A stretch of DNA of 64,000 nt from positions 5,146,001 to 5,210,000 of the forward strand of contig CM068750.1 in NCBI GenBank assembly GCA_035084275.1. Reading direction: 5' to 3'. Source of the DNA: Hydrolagus colliei. Its lineage: Eukaryota. The notes under the pieces are model-generated. The model saw only the letters and a program-made list of their open reading frames with translations. It ran no database searches and was not told the DNA's origin. Positions 40,786 through 51,882 of this stretch are shown here, one piece after another. Position numbers and translations under genes: made by a program. The first letter of the stretch is position 1; every line of letters starts with the position of its first letter.

Positions 40786-41015
40786 GGGCAAGTTTCTTGA
40801 TTCCACACACACATGCCTGATAATAATCTCAAGAAAAAACACACAATTGGTCATTTCAATCCATGACTGTTTGTGGGACACCGCTGTGTGCAATTGGCTG
40901 CCGTCTTTCGCCCACAAATATAGTCAATTCACTTTATAGTGTATTCTGTGAAGTGCTTTGAGACGTCTAGAAGACGTGAAAGGCACTATATCAAATGCAA
41001 GGACTGTTATTATTA
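40786..41015 (+). mobile_element. Family A SINE, 5'-truncated
   Basis: Begins at gggcaagtttc; canonical body and tail. Confidence 0.88.
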
Positions 41016-41381
41016 CTTACCTCTTGTACAGTCGTACAGTGTTAAGTGCAGTTTAAAAAAAGGTCATCTGGAGGGAGGAGGTAAATAAACTTTGAACAAT
41101 CATCCGTCGGTCAGTCAGTCAGCAGCCTGGCCTTGGCCTGAATGTTGTGCCTTTTATCGGATGGTGACTGAAGTCACCTCACAGCTCGACGGAGTGAACC
41201 TTCCTTCCCTCAAACGGCGGCGGGGACAGCAGCCAACAGCCACAACAACCAGCCGGCCTTCCTTCATTATCAGCCTCACGGCCGACTGTCTCTTCTCTCC
41301 CTCCACACTGGGCAACGTGAGGGACACCGGAGAGAATGTACCAGAAACCCTCATGAAATCCCTCTCACCTACAGGGCTTAC

Positions 41382-41440
41382 CTTCCTGTTCGTCACTGCC
41401 TCTTCGCACATGCGCTCTCTTTCCCTCACTGCCTTTCCCC
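41382..41440 (-). other. BAG5: Probable non-coding first exon of BAG5 (5' boundary approximate)
   Basis: Strong minus-strand donor GAAG|GTAAGC at 41381-41380 inside the CpG-rich region; a second strong donor GAG|GTAAGT lies at 41020-41019. Confidence 0.45.
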
Positions 41441-41650
41441 CCCCCCCCCCCCCCGCCAACCTGGATTTATTTTACGACACCAATGTACGACACTCGTTTA
41501 TAAGTCGAACAAATAGCGAGACTTTCAGTTCAGTGGACCGTGGTGGGATTCAGGCTGCCTCACTACCGTAAATCGGGTGGCTGCGTGTATCCCACTGAAA
41601 GACCCGTACGTCTTTTGTACCGAGGCGGGAGAAGGTCAAAGGGCTTGAGG

Positions 41651-41857
41651 ATGGTCGTGTGTAAACTCGCGGGTTCCGTTGGCCCGGCTCGGCCTCGGCT
41701 TCGCCTTCTCGCCTCCCGGGGGCTGTCAGTGGTTCAAACAGTCCTCCACACTCAGGTGAAGGCGATTGAAGCTGCCGGCGGAGTCGAACCTCTGTCGGGC
41801 AAATGTTATTCAACCGCCACTCGCGGGACAGAGCGACCGAGTGAGGCCGGCGAGGAG
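41651..41857 (+). CDS. COA8: Cytochrome c oxidase assembly factor 8 (APOPT1), exon 1 (mitochondrial presequence-like)
   Basis: aggATGG Kozak; MVVCKLAGSVGPARPRLRLLASRGLS is Arg/Leu/Ser-rich and lacks acidic residues; phase-0 donor GAG|gtgaac matches exon 2; an alternative phase-0 donor follows 41755. Confidence 0.7.
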
Positions 41858-41994
41858 GTGAACACGTTATTTATTATATTAATAATAAATAAGATTATAT
41901 TAATAATAAATAATAACGATCTTTCTTTGCATTTTGATATTGCGCCTTTCAAGTCTGGAAGACTTCCCCAAAAGTCTTTCACACGACATTATAA

Positions 41995-42310
41995 GTGGGA
42001 GTCCTGGAGCTCAGCAGTTAGAGCCAGTCGCTTCGCAAGCGAGAGTAGAACTGGGTTCGATTCCAGGCAGGTCAGGGTGAAAGCCTTGGGCAAGTTTCCA
42101 TACTCCACACGCCTGATAATAATCCCTCAAGAAATTGGTCATTTCAATCCACGATGACAGTTTGTGGGACACTGGCTGTGCGCAATTGGCTGCCGTGTTT
42201 TGCTCATAACTATACAGTCAATTCACTTTACAGTATATTCTGTGAAGCGCGTTGAGACGTCTCGAAGACGTGAAAAGCACTATATCAAATGCAAGGATTA
42301 TTATTATTAT
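41995..42310 (+). mobile_element. Family A SINE, full length, in COA8 intron 1 (preceded by a - strand tail at about 41905-41985)
   Basis: ggagtcctggagctcagcagttagagcc...gggttcgattccaggcagg; canonical tail and (tta)n. Confidence 0.9.
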
Positions 42311-42334
42311 AATACTTTGGAGTGTCTATATTTT

Positions 42335-43088
42335 GCTACCCAGTTGGTACAGCAGTGTTCCACAAACAGCCTTGAAGGACCTACTTACTGATCTATCCAC
42401 ATTATCTGAGGGGTTTGTTGGTCATCACACTGGTAGAAACTTCTCTTTTTGAATACTGCCTTGGGATCTTTAATGTCCATCTGACCAGGAAGACCTAGGT
42501 TTAATCATCATCGTCATCATAATAATAATGCTTGCATTTGATATAGTGCCTTATCACGCCTTCAGGATGTCTTGATGATTTTCACAGATTCTATTCTAAA
42601 GCGAATTGACTGTTTATTTTGTGGGTGAAAATTCACTTCCGAAGGATGACGCCTCCAAGCACCTCTTACCCACCTTCCCGCACACTGCGTTGTGGAGCGA
42701 CAGTTTATCCAGTGGTCTCAGTATCTCAAACGGATTTTATTCATGTAACCTTTGAATGAAACTTGCAACATTTGAGATTATTGCTGTGATCGACGTGAAC
42801 AGTTGGGAACAGTTGTAATCGGTTTAGTGGTTAAGAGCAATTAGAAGTTTGTTCTGTTGCTTTGCACGACCAGCACTACATTGATGCCAAAGCTGGTGCG
42901 ATAGCAGCTCTGCACCTCGTGCCGCGAATGGGGGGTTGCTATGATTGCACAAAATCATGTGGTTGGCTGAATGCAGCTACGTGACCGAGCTTGTGAGACT
43001 CTGACTTAGGCTATATGAGTTCAAGTCCTGAGGTAGGGTTTGACCCCACAACCTTCTGACTCAGAACTGAGAGTGAGCTATACTGACA
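42335..43088 (-). mobile_element. Fragmented Deu-domain SINE interrupted by a family A tail (42520-42630) and an unidentified ~290-nt segment
   Basis: Core aatactgccttgggatctttaatgtccatctga at 42452-42484; continuation ccgaaggatgacgcctcc at about 42639; head caagtcctgaggtagggtttgaccccacaaccttctgactcaga at 43022-43065. Confidence 0.6.
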
Positions 43089-43182
43089 TACTGTGTATTA
43101 CATCTTTGTATTAGTCTTGAGGAATATGATAAATATATCTAGATTGTTATAATTATTGTGAAATTAATACATATTTTTCTAG

Positions 43183-43380
43183 GTTTCAAGTTTTCAGCCT
43201 CCAGTAGACTCGCACTTTGACTGGATCGGTCCTCCAGATAGAGTTTCAAACCTAAGACCTATAAAGTTTTATATTCCAAAGAATGAAACCAAGCTGGAAC
43301 AGCGGCTGAGGAAGATGAGGCAAGAAACTCAGTATTGGAACCAACATTTCTGGTCGAAGCAAAACGTGACCTTCAATAAG
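43183..43380 (+). CDS. COA8: COA8 exon 2 (198 nt)
   Basis: tttttctag|; [66 protein letters not shown] with the family motif DWIGPPD..SNLRP; |gtaggt. Not present in the ORF track. Confidence 0.96.
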
Positions 43381-44962
43381 GTAGGTACTGTACTGTTTTT
43401 GTGAACTTGCATTCTGAAGGGATTGTTTTCTCTCTGCAGCAAAGTTTGGAACCTATATGGTGAAACCAATGATGCTTAGCTATAATAACAACAACTTTGA
43501 TTTATATAGCGCCCTCCATGCTGGATGGCGTATCATGATAGTGCCATGTATTGTGGATTGCACAGCAAGATTGTGCTCCACAAGATAATAATACTTCCAA
43601 TTGTATTGGGCATGTTTCTGAAGTTGGGGCAGATTATTGTGAGTTTTACTATGTGTTGAACAATGCTTGGTTTTGGCTATCAAACAGTGCTCGATTTTTA
43701 CTGGCTGATTGAAAATGCTCATTTTCCTACCAGCAACATCCTTCACTCAGCAGAGTGAAGACAGGGAGGAATGTGAGAGAAAAACAAATGTTAGGCATTT
43801 TCATAATGCTTTTACACTTCAAAATATCTCCCAAGGAATTCACAACTAATATTGGCAAATTTGCATCAGCCAAGTCCTAAACAAAATGGCCAATTAATCT
43901 ATGTATTATTTTCTTCTCTGATTAATAACATGGGATCTTCAATGTCTGATCGAAAATGGTTCAAAATCATCTTTATTTTCTTAATGTTTCATCCAAGGCT
44001 AACATTCATTGCTCCGTTCCAGTGTTAATTTCAGCGCTTTGTGATGTGCTCCCAGCATGAAAAGTGCTCTATAAATGTAATTTTGCTGTTAAACTGGAGT
44101 GCTTCCCTAAGATCTTGGAACTATAATCTTCAAGAGATGGGAATGCTATCAATTTAGTTAAACCTTCTACTTTAAAAAAAATAGGTTAAACAAATAGAGA
44201 ATGTCAGTGACTCACTGGTGTAATAATGAATGGATGATGGGGTGTGTATAGAAAATGCGATGAATCACAATATGGATTACTGAAATAACCTCAAGAGATG
44301 AGAACACTCCTTGATCTCATCTCATCACCCCTTGCAGCTGCTTGCATTCTCTTTGACTGGAAGCCTTTTCAGTCAGATTCTGCCTGTTGAAATGTAATTC
44401 AAATGTTGGCCCTCGTGTATTTGGCCAAGTGCCTCGCCTTTGGCTTGCAATTTTGTGTTTAACATTGAGCTGGTGGCTCAGTCAGCTAAAATGTCCAAAT
44501 GTTTTGTATACTTAGATAAATAGAGTTTATTTGCTTGTTATGTAGGGTTGATTATTGTGGGGCAGTTACATTTTAAATACTTCCACCTCTTTTGTGATGT
44601 ATCAGCCCACAAGCTATTTTATTTCTGTTTGAATTAATCACATTCAGCCATTGCATGTTCAGTCAAGGATTTGTGTACCACTGAAAGGGTGAGGTTACAG
44701 TTCTGATTTGCAGAGCTCTGTATTTTCCTTTGAGCTCTATGCAGTGTGTTTCTTTGGAAGCCCAGATTTATTGATGAAAGTACATTTAAATGTGCAAAGC
44801 AATTGTTGTAGGTTCATTTTGTCTTTTTTTAACCCCCCCCCTACTAAATTTCCTTTCCAATAAAGTGGAGAATTTAAAGAGAGAGGCATCATGATTAAAT
44901 AATGGAGGAGAGAGAAATATTACTTCGCTAGTATTTTTGTCAACTAAATCGATATCCTACAG

Positions 44963-45026
44963 GAAAAAGACCAGTTCATACTGTCCCAGCTACGAGCAAA
45001 AGGAATGGAATTAAGAGATGAGGATG
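44963..45026 (+). CDS. COA8: COA8 exon 3 (64 nt)
   Basis: cctacag|EKDQFILSQLRAKGMELRDED(G)|gtgagt; phases 0 to 1 consistent. Confidence 0.93.
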
Positions 45027-45670
45027 GTGAGTAAAATCTACTTTTCTGATTTCAGTCAAGTTACATGAAAGGTTTTGCTTAATTTATAAATAAATTTTGA
45101 AGCGAATATTTGCTTTTCTCCTTTTCCTGCTTCACACATCTGTGAGGCATTTATTCTCTGTGAAAGGCAGATGACAAGAAATTGCATTTACATATGTAAA
45201 TGCATACAAATGAGGTACATACGTTAAAAATATAAATGTTTTATTTTAACCCATGTACAATAATGCCCATTTACCATAAATGCTACATGAAAATATTGAA
45301 ATCCAAAGAATTTCATTACAAAATCTTAATACATTTATTTTGTTATTATAGTATACAATGTTAACAAGTGCATTGTGGCTTTGTTACTTGTGTATATTAA
45401 AATGATAATCTTTGAGAAAATGATAAATTTTCACCCACACTTAGAATCGACTATTGTGTCAATTGACTATTTCGAGTATATTCTGTGAAGCCTTTGAGAC
45501 TTTTAGCAGATGTGAAAAGCACTATATTAAGGACTATTGTTTTAAATTGACTGGATTTAAAACATGTTGTTTACTCTTTTGTGAATGTCTCCGGAGAATG
45601 ATGCTCCCTTGTTTCAACAAAATTCATGCAGGATATGTGTAACTTAATTTGGTGTGATACAAACGTTTAG

Positions 45671-45761
45671 GGAGAAAAAACACACTGAGTGCAGAAGAAA
45701 TGGCTGAATTTTACAAGAACTTTCTTAATAAAAACCACAGAAAACATGGAAACTATAACAA
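45671..45761 (+). CDS. COA8: COA8 exon 4 (91 nt)
   Basis: tttag|(G)RKNTLSAEEMAEFYKNFLNKNHRKHGNYN(K)|gtaagt; conserved L.AEEMA.FYK.FL motif. Confidence 0.95.
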
Positions 45762-46430
45762 GTAAGTAAATCTAATCATTATTGTATAGCAAGAAATGCT
45801 GCTCCGAGAGTTTTTAACAAAAAGAGGGGGAAAGAGGTGGGGGAAATTACCAATGACAAATTACCAAAGTCGTTTTCTGAAATGCAGAGTAAGATTACCT
45901 TAATTATTTAATACCGGTGGCTACATATTGACATTTCAAATAAAATATTAATTGAAGCTTGATACGTGCTTTATAACCAACATATGCGCTCCATAAATTT
46001 GCCTGTATTTTAGTTCACAGATAGATTACTGGGGCAGATGACTTAATTGATAATAAAGCTTGCTATTTTTGAAGGATAAATTGATCATAGTCATATGCCC
46101 TATTCTCATTGCTTCAGTATAGAATGGCAGTACATGTTAAGTAATTTGCATTCTTGTCTGCCCAGCTGCAAGAACTTGCATCAAAAGGTATTGTACAATA
46201 ATTAGTATTGGGTGTAGTGACTGTTTTTCTAGCTAGCCAATTTACTTGTGGTTTTGTGAATAGTAGCAAAGCTATGAGGCAAAAGGGAAATATTTTTTAA
46301 AAGTTGCTATCCTTTTGGTTATCTTCCTAATCATTTGGTTTGCTTTCTGGATATTCATCATGTAATTTTGCACATAGAATATACTGTATGATCGGGTGCA
46401 ACAATTAAATTTGGATTTCTCTTTTGACAG

Positions 46431-46530
46431 GGAATGGTATAAACGTAACTTTACCATTACATGGTGGATGGGTCAAGTATTCCTGCAAAGAGTTTGGAGG
46501 AAGCTGCGATGGAGGAAGGAAACTAGATAA
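46431..46530 (+). CDS. COA8: COA8 exon 5 (last coding exon); spliced protein about 219 aa
   Basis: ttttgacag|(K)EWYKRNFTITWWMGQVFLQRVWRKLRWRKETR-TAA; conserved WYKRNF; AATAAA at 46588 and 46909 downstream. Confidence 0.94.
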
Positions 46531-47379
46531 TTCTGTTTTTCCAAATAGTTTAAAACACTGGGGATTTGGAATTTAACTGTACTTTCAAATAAATTACTAA
46601 GTGCAATTAAAGCTCCAATGCCACACAATGATTAAAAATATAATATATTTGTATTATTTACTGTTAAGATTTTTTGCACAATTTATAGTGTTTTTGCATA
46701 ATTTCAAAACTTCAAATGTATATAGCCTTCTGTAAATTCTTTTCTTGCTGTATTTTCTGGAATCCATAGCAGTAACAGCTGATCAAGAGTCCATCATATC
46801 AAAGACTTGGTTCTACTTTTTTATGTTCCCAGGCAAAAGCCAGTCTGTTTCTCATCATATTTCATTATCGTATTTCAATTAAATATTTAAAAATCAATGG
46901 TGTTTACCAATAAATATTTTAATACACAGTATAAAGTATTCATTTTTCACTTGCTATTTTCAACATGCATGTCAAATTATTGTTTTATCTAAGGAAATAC
47001 AACAACACTAATCTCCTATTGTACAGAAGAACCAACTACTATAGAAATGGAAAATATATTGTTTTCATCTGCTTTCTATGAAGTATGCATTATTTTTAAA
47101 CTGTTGCAAGGACACTTCTAAACATGTTTATTATCTTTAAGTATTCAAATGTTAACTGCAGAATATTGTCAGTAAAGTTTAGCAGACAAACAGCAACATA
47201 CTCTCATTCACTTAAACTAGGACATGGGACCGCTCAGGACTGCTCATGAATTGTTATTACAGGTAGAACTCGCTTAACGTTGCTTCGGTCAACATTGTTT
47301 TGCTATTGCTGATACACAGGGGAACGTATATTCATTTAATGTTCACTATTTTGTCGTTTGCCCGGTTGAAAACAAACGA

Positions 47380-47573
47380 CACTTAGTCCTTGCTTAAAAT
47401 CGCAGTTGCTTTAGTGAAAAATGTGACTTTAAGCAAAACGGTACTTGGGTAATGTAGGTGTACATACATAGATGCTGAATATCCAGTATTCTTGCTCGGG
47501 TTCGCTTAACGTAATTTCGCTTAAAATCACACTTTTCGAGAACACAACTGTGATGTTAAGCGAGGACTAAGTG
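47380..47573. mobile_element. Tc1/mariner (pogo/Tigger-like) MITE with long inverted ends, next to a related element end starting at 47260
   Basis: cacttagtccttgcttaaaatcgcagttg vs reverse complement of the right end cacttagtcctcgcttaacatcacagttg (26/29); the imperfect match extends to about 60 bp; TA at 47574-47575; upstream TA|caggtagaactcgcttaacg. Confidence 0.75.
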
Positions 47574-48247
47574 TACATAAGAAGTTTTAATTGGAGAAGA
47601 TGATTCACACCACTCGGGGGTTTCTAAACAGTATTTATATCTAGTATTTATATTAAATTAATTTTTAATCTCATTTGAATAACATCTTCAGAATATTTAT
47701 TTTAAGTGTAAAAAGGTGCCATAAATTGCACTCTTAAAATATACAGTCAATTCACTATACAGTATATGCTCAAGTGCTCTGAGATATCTAGAAGATGTGA
47801 AAAAGCACTATATCAAATGCAAGCATTATTATTATTATAAGCAAGGTATTATTTAACATTTTTAAATTTACATTTTATAAACTTTTGGGAATTTGAGAAT
47901 TAAATGAAATCGTTTGGAGAATAATAACATTCCTTGCATTTGATATACTGTACTGCCTTATAATAAAAAAAAATTGTGGTTGAATGTTTAAATGCAGGTT
48001 TGCACCTGAGATGCCAACCAGCATTTGACATGCAGTGCATTCCCACCAATATGTTATTGCATTCATATAAATCGAGAGCAGTTTTTTCCAATTTTTATAG
48101 ATATATACATTATACACACAAAAAAAAAGACAGGAAAGGGGACCCTGTTTCATCCTTCTCATCCCCCTAACTGAATATGATATAATGCTTTTGCATTCAT
48201 TACAATATGGTACAGGATGAGTGGGCAACTGTGCGGGGGAGAGGGGA

Positions 48248-48417
48248 GAATAATAATAATCCTTGCATTTTGATATATAGCGCTTTTTATGTCTTCTGGG
48301 CGTCTCAAAGCGCTTCACAGAATATACAGCAACGTGAGTTGACTATACAATATTTTTGGGGCGAAACGCGGCAGCCAATTGCGCACAAACAGTCCCACAA
48401 ACAGTCGCAGATTGAAG
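48248..48417 (-). mobile_element. Family A SINE 3' half abutting the KLC1 promoter (a + strand tail lies at 47738-47838)
   Basis: (aat)n ccttgcatt...caaagcgcttcacagaatata...gcggcagccaattgcgcac. Confidence 0.85.
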
Positions 48418-48499
48418 TGAGAAAGCAACTGAGTGAGAAAAGGGAACACATTCAATCCTTCATCTCTGTCACGGTTGCTGTACATAACATTGCTCTGTG

Positions 48500-49300
48500 T
48501 GTGAGAGAAGAAGATGATTGACAGGTGACGGCGGTTGGGTGGGGTGGGAGGGGAGTGGGTGATTGACAGATTGACGTCAAGTTCCCCCCGCGCAGAGTGC
48601 TGTGGGTAGGGAGGCAGCGCCATCTTTTGCCCGAGAAGGAGCGGCGCCGGGGCTGAGGCGAGTGGCGCAAAGGGCGAGGAGGAGGAGGAGGAAGGAGAGG
48701 CGGGGGGGAGGGGGGGGGTGCGGCCTTCAGAACATCTGGAAATTTCCATCAGACACACAGCCCCGGAATTAGGCAACGAAAAGGACCGGACTAGCAGGCG
48801 GTGGATGTGCAATATATAAATACGGCCTTGTACCTCCATCGTCACCCCCACCTCACTCTCTCTATGCGGCGGTGGCGGAGCCGCTGATTTTTTTTCTAAC
48901 CGGCTTGGCCTCTGGCCAACGTTAAGCAGACACAGAGAGACAGCGAGAGAGAGAGAGGAAGGAAGGAAAGAAAGAGTCAAGACCACTTCTCCTTTTCATC
49001 AGACTGAAGACACAACGTCTGCAAGTCTTCAAGTCTTCTCCCCTCAGCGGACCCGATTCCTTTCATATCACGGTAGGTCGGGTGGGGTCGGCAAACGCCG
49101 AGTGATGGGGAGGGGATGGAATGGGAATCAGGCGGAGGGTGGGAGGGGAGGGAGGAGGCGGCTGTCACTTGGTGGCTTTGGGTTTGTGGCCACACGGGCG
49201 CTGGCGTATTGATTGATTTGTACAGATCGCTATCATCTGAAATGCACCCAACCCTCCCACCCTTGTTTATACCGTCCACGTCCTTGGCGTTTTATAACCG
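48500..49300 (+). promoter_or_regulatory. KLC1 CpG-rich promoter with probable non-coding exon 1 (about 48845-49072)
   Basis: GC/CpG-rich; TGATTGACAG twice (48515, 48560), CRE TGACGTCA 48572-48579, YY1-like GCGCCATCTT 48617-48626, TATATAAA 48813-48820, donor CACG|gtaggt at 49073. Confidence 0.75.
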
Positions 49301-51762
49301 TATCCGCATTTCTATTGCATTTTTGTTTAGAGAGCCGTGTTACTATCGGTTCCTATAGAGAATATTTGTTCCCGAGATGTGTCAAACTGAGAGTGGATCC
49401 CACTGGCGACAGATGCAGCCCTTAGACGTTTCCATGGGAATTTAGTTGATGCTGAAACGACTGTCCTATTTAGGAGTGTGGATTCTGAAGCGAGGAAGTT
49501 TTTAGTTCTTGTGTGTTTTAGCTTTTACAACAAGACACGGAGGACTAAACATTTTTTTTGGGGGGTGGGGGAGGACTGTGCGATTGTGAGTCATTTCCTT
49601 GTGAAATGGAAACATCGCCAAACGTATTTTATTTTGTGTGCCCTGTTATACTTGTTTTGGGGGTCGGTTTATTTTACATCGATTATATCTTCCAGATACA
49701 GCGACTTTGCTTTAACATTGACGATTTGAAACTAGTCATTCTCGAGGCCAGGTTGAGTTTTGGGTCTAACAGGATTTGAGCAAGAAGATCTTTTGAGAAA
49801 TCGTTAGGAAACGTGTTGGGTTGGTTGATTGCATAGTCAGTCGGGTTTGATATTCTCTCTAAGACTACAGGATTGTGCTTTTATTTGGCATAAAAGAGTT
49901 CAGATCAGATATGTTGTAATGAGATCTTGCCTTAACTATTCAGGCATATTTTTGAAAGAAATAAAAAATTGTAAAATATTGCCATTTTCTCTCTTCTGAT
50001 GGCATTTTAACTCCCCGTTCTCTCTCTTGCTGCTTTTCTACTCATTAACACAAGGCATTTGTGACAATTTTATAGCCTCAACTGCTGTCTAATCTGAGTT
50101 CAACTAACAGCACAGATTGAATTTTGAGCCTGTGAGTTCCATGGCCTGGTGCTGCAAAGGCATGTTATACTTTTCCAATATACAAGTTGGTGAAGATTGG
50201 ATTATCAACTCCAACAACTAGTGCACTGGAAAAGGAAAACTATGTCTTTAAATTGTTTTGAATTTTATATTTTTATGATAAAAGTATTAAGTAACCTTAG
50301 CTGATTTAGATTAGTAACAACAAAGTCATTTTATCAACTGATACACTACATGGTTTATGGAAGAAATTATTTAGTTTTCTCCTCATTTTAGAATGCTAAT
50401 ACCAGACCATTCCTAAACTTGTAGATTGTAGACCACCAAAAAAAAACGTGTTGTCTTACCTACTGAGAGCCATTTTCAGATTTCTATCCACATTGGTTGA
50501 TGACAAGAGAACTTCTGTATGCAAGTACATTTGAAGTTACTGAACATTCAGTTGTCTTGGAAGGGTGTTTCCCTTAATGGCTGACACACATCCAACTGAA
50601 AAGCTAAATACGGATTCCTCACAATAGCATTTTATCCTGTTTTAAAATAATTTAAATGAAAATAGAACTTTTATTTGCCCTTAAGTGCAAATAGATCATA
50701 ATACAAATGTTTCTAAAGTGCATTTAATGAAATATTAAAGATATATAAATCACTTGCAACTGTAAGTGTTGACCAAGTGTGATTTGTAGCCTGAGAAAAG
50801 CACTGATACTGCACCAGTGTATACTGTATGTTTGCCACTGTACTGTATGTTTGCCACTGTTCAGTGCCTTGGGAAGTCCTCCTCATATGAAAGGCGCTCT
50901 ATAAGTGTAATTTTGTTGTTGCTGTAGTGTCTTTAGGGCTGTCTGGTAGAGAATTTTATATCATGTCATATTAGTGACAGCTGAGCCAGATTTAATGTTT
51001 GTTTTGCTCTTTCCATTCCTGTCTAATTGGACTGAGACATAGGCAAGAGTGAAAAATCCTTTTAATCCATTAGGGATGAAAGACCTGGGTTATCAGTGAT
51101 GAATGACTGAGTTTGTAATGTCTTCCTAGCCACTGAAATCAATGGGATTGTGTCTGATCTTTATGGTGCGCTTATATTTCTGCCGTTGGTGATAAAATAC
51201 GTGATAGCTTTCATATTAAACAGTGAATATGCTTTGATTTTAGAGAGAAAAAACCTGGTGATGATGATAAGCTGTTTATTGTGTGCCTAAAGTGATTACT
51301 ATATATCCGCTGCAGAATTATACTATTCATCAGTTGTTTGAAATCCAAACTCATTCCAGCTTTCAAAGCAGAGATAGTAGATTTAACTTAATTTGAACCT
51401 ATGTTCCAGTGGATTTGATCTTTTCGATGGCTGACTTCAGGTTTACAATTCCTGTGACTTCGTACAGGAATCTATCCAGTAATGTTATACAATAACGCTT
51501 CTTATGAAGCTAATCACATAACACCCAAGGGATGGTTGGCCTTGCAGCTAGAAATATCATATATGTATTTGGCTTGCAACTGGAAAAATATGTAGGCAAG
51601 AAATGTCATTATGCTGAAAAAGTTTTTAAAATGCATATAATTTACAAATATGACAGCTATAGATGTTGCCATGCTCATAAAATTAGATGAAAAATTTAAA
51701 TAAAGGTATTGCTAAGTGCAACATAGTTGTTTTCGTACAGTTTAAGTACTCTATATAGTTTT

Positions 51763-51882
51763 AAGTTTCCAGGTTTGATCCTTGCTCTGTGCTAAGCTAG
51801 CTGATCTCAGTGAAGATATCAGTAAGAATACTACAAAATACTCACTAGCTCTCCTGTCTATGGAGTAGAAAGTCAGCCAGGC
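51763..51882 (+). mobile_element. LF-SINE-like relic (5' part) in KLC1 intron 1
   Basis: ccaggtttgatccttgctctgtgctaagctagctgatctcag...ctacaa...agtcagccagg follows the recalled LF-SINE 5' region. Confidence 0.65.

Larger units (their letters stand above)
41100..41860. promoter_or_regulatory. CpG-island-like bidirectional promoter shared by BAG5 (-) and COA8 (+)
   Basis: Sharp rise in GC and CpG over an AT-rich background; head-to-head genes; NRF1-like CGCACATGCGC at 41405-41415; C18 run at 41437-41454. Confidence 0.85.

Noticed and set aside
41092-42157. ORFs of 159, 101, 205 and 87 aa in the BAG5/COA8 CpG island
   Set aside because: Stop-poor GC-rich DNA; only 41651-41857 fits a spliced gene, and the 205-aa ORF runs on into intron and SINE
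48315-48986. 223-aa minus-strand ORF across the KLC1 promoter
   Set aside because: Low-complexity translation of GC-rich promoter DNA that ends inside a SINE; no recognisable domain
50822-50859. 19-nt tandem duplication (similar short duplications near 927, 11682, 39646, 60220, 63689)
   Set aside because: Two-copy slippage events with no spacer structure; not CRISPR-like and no evident function
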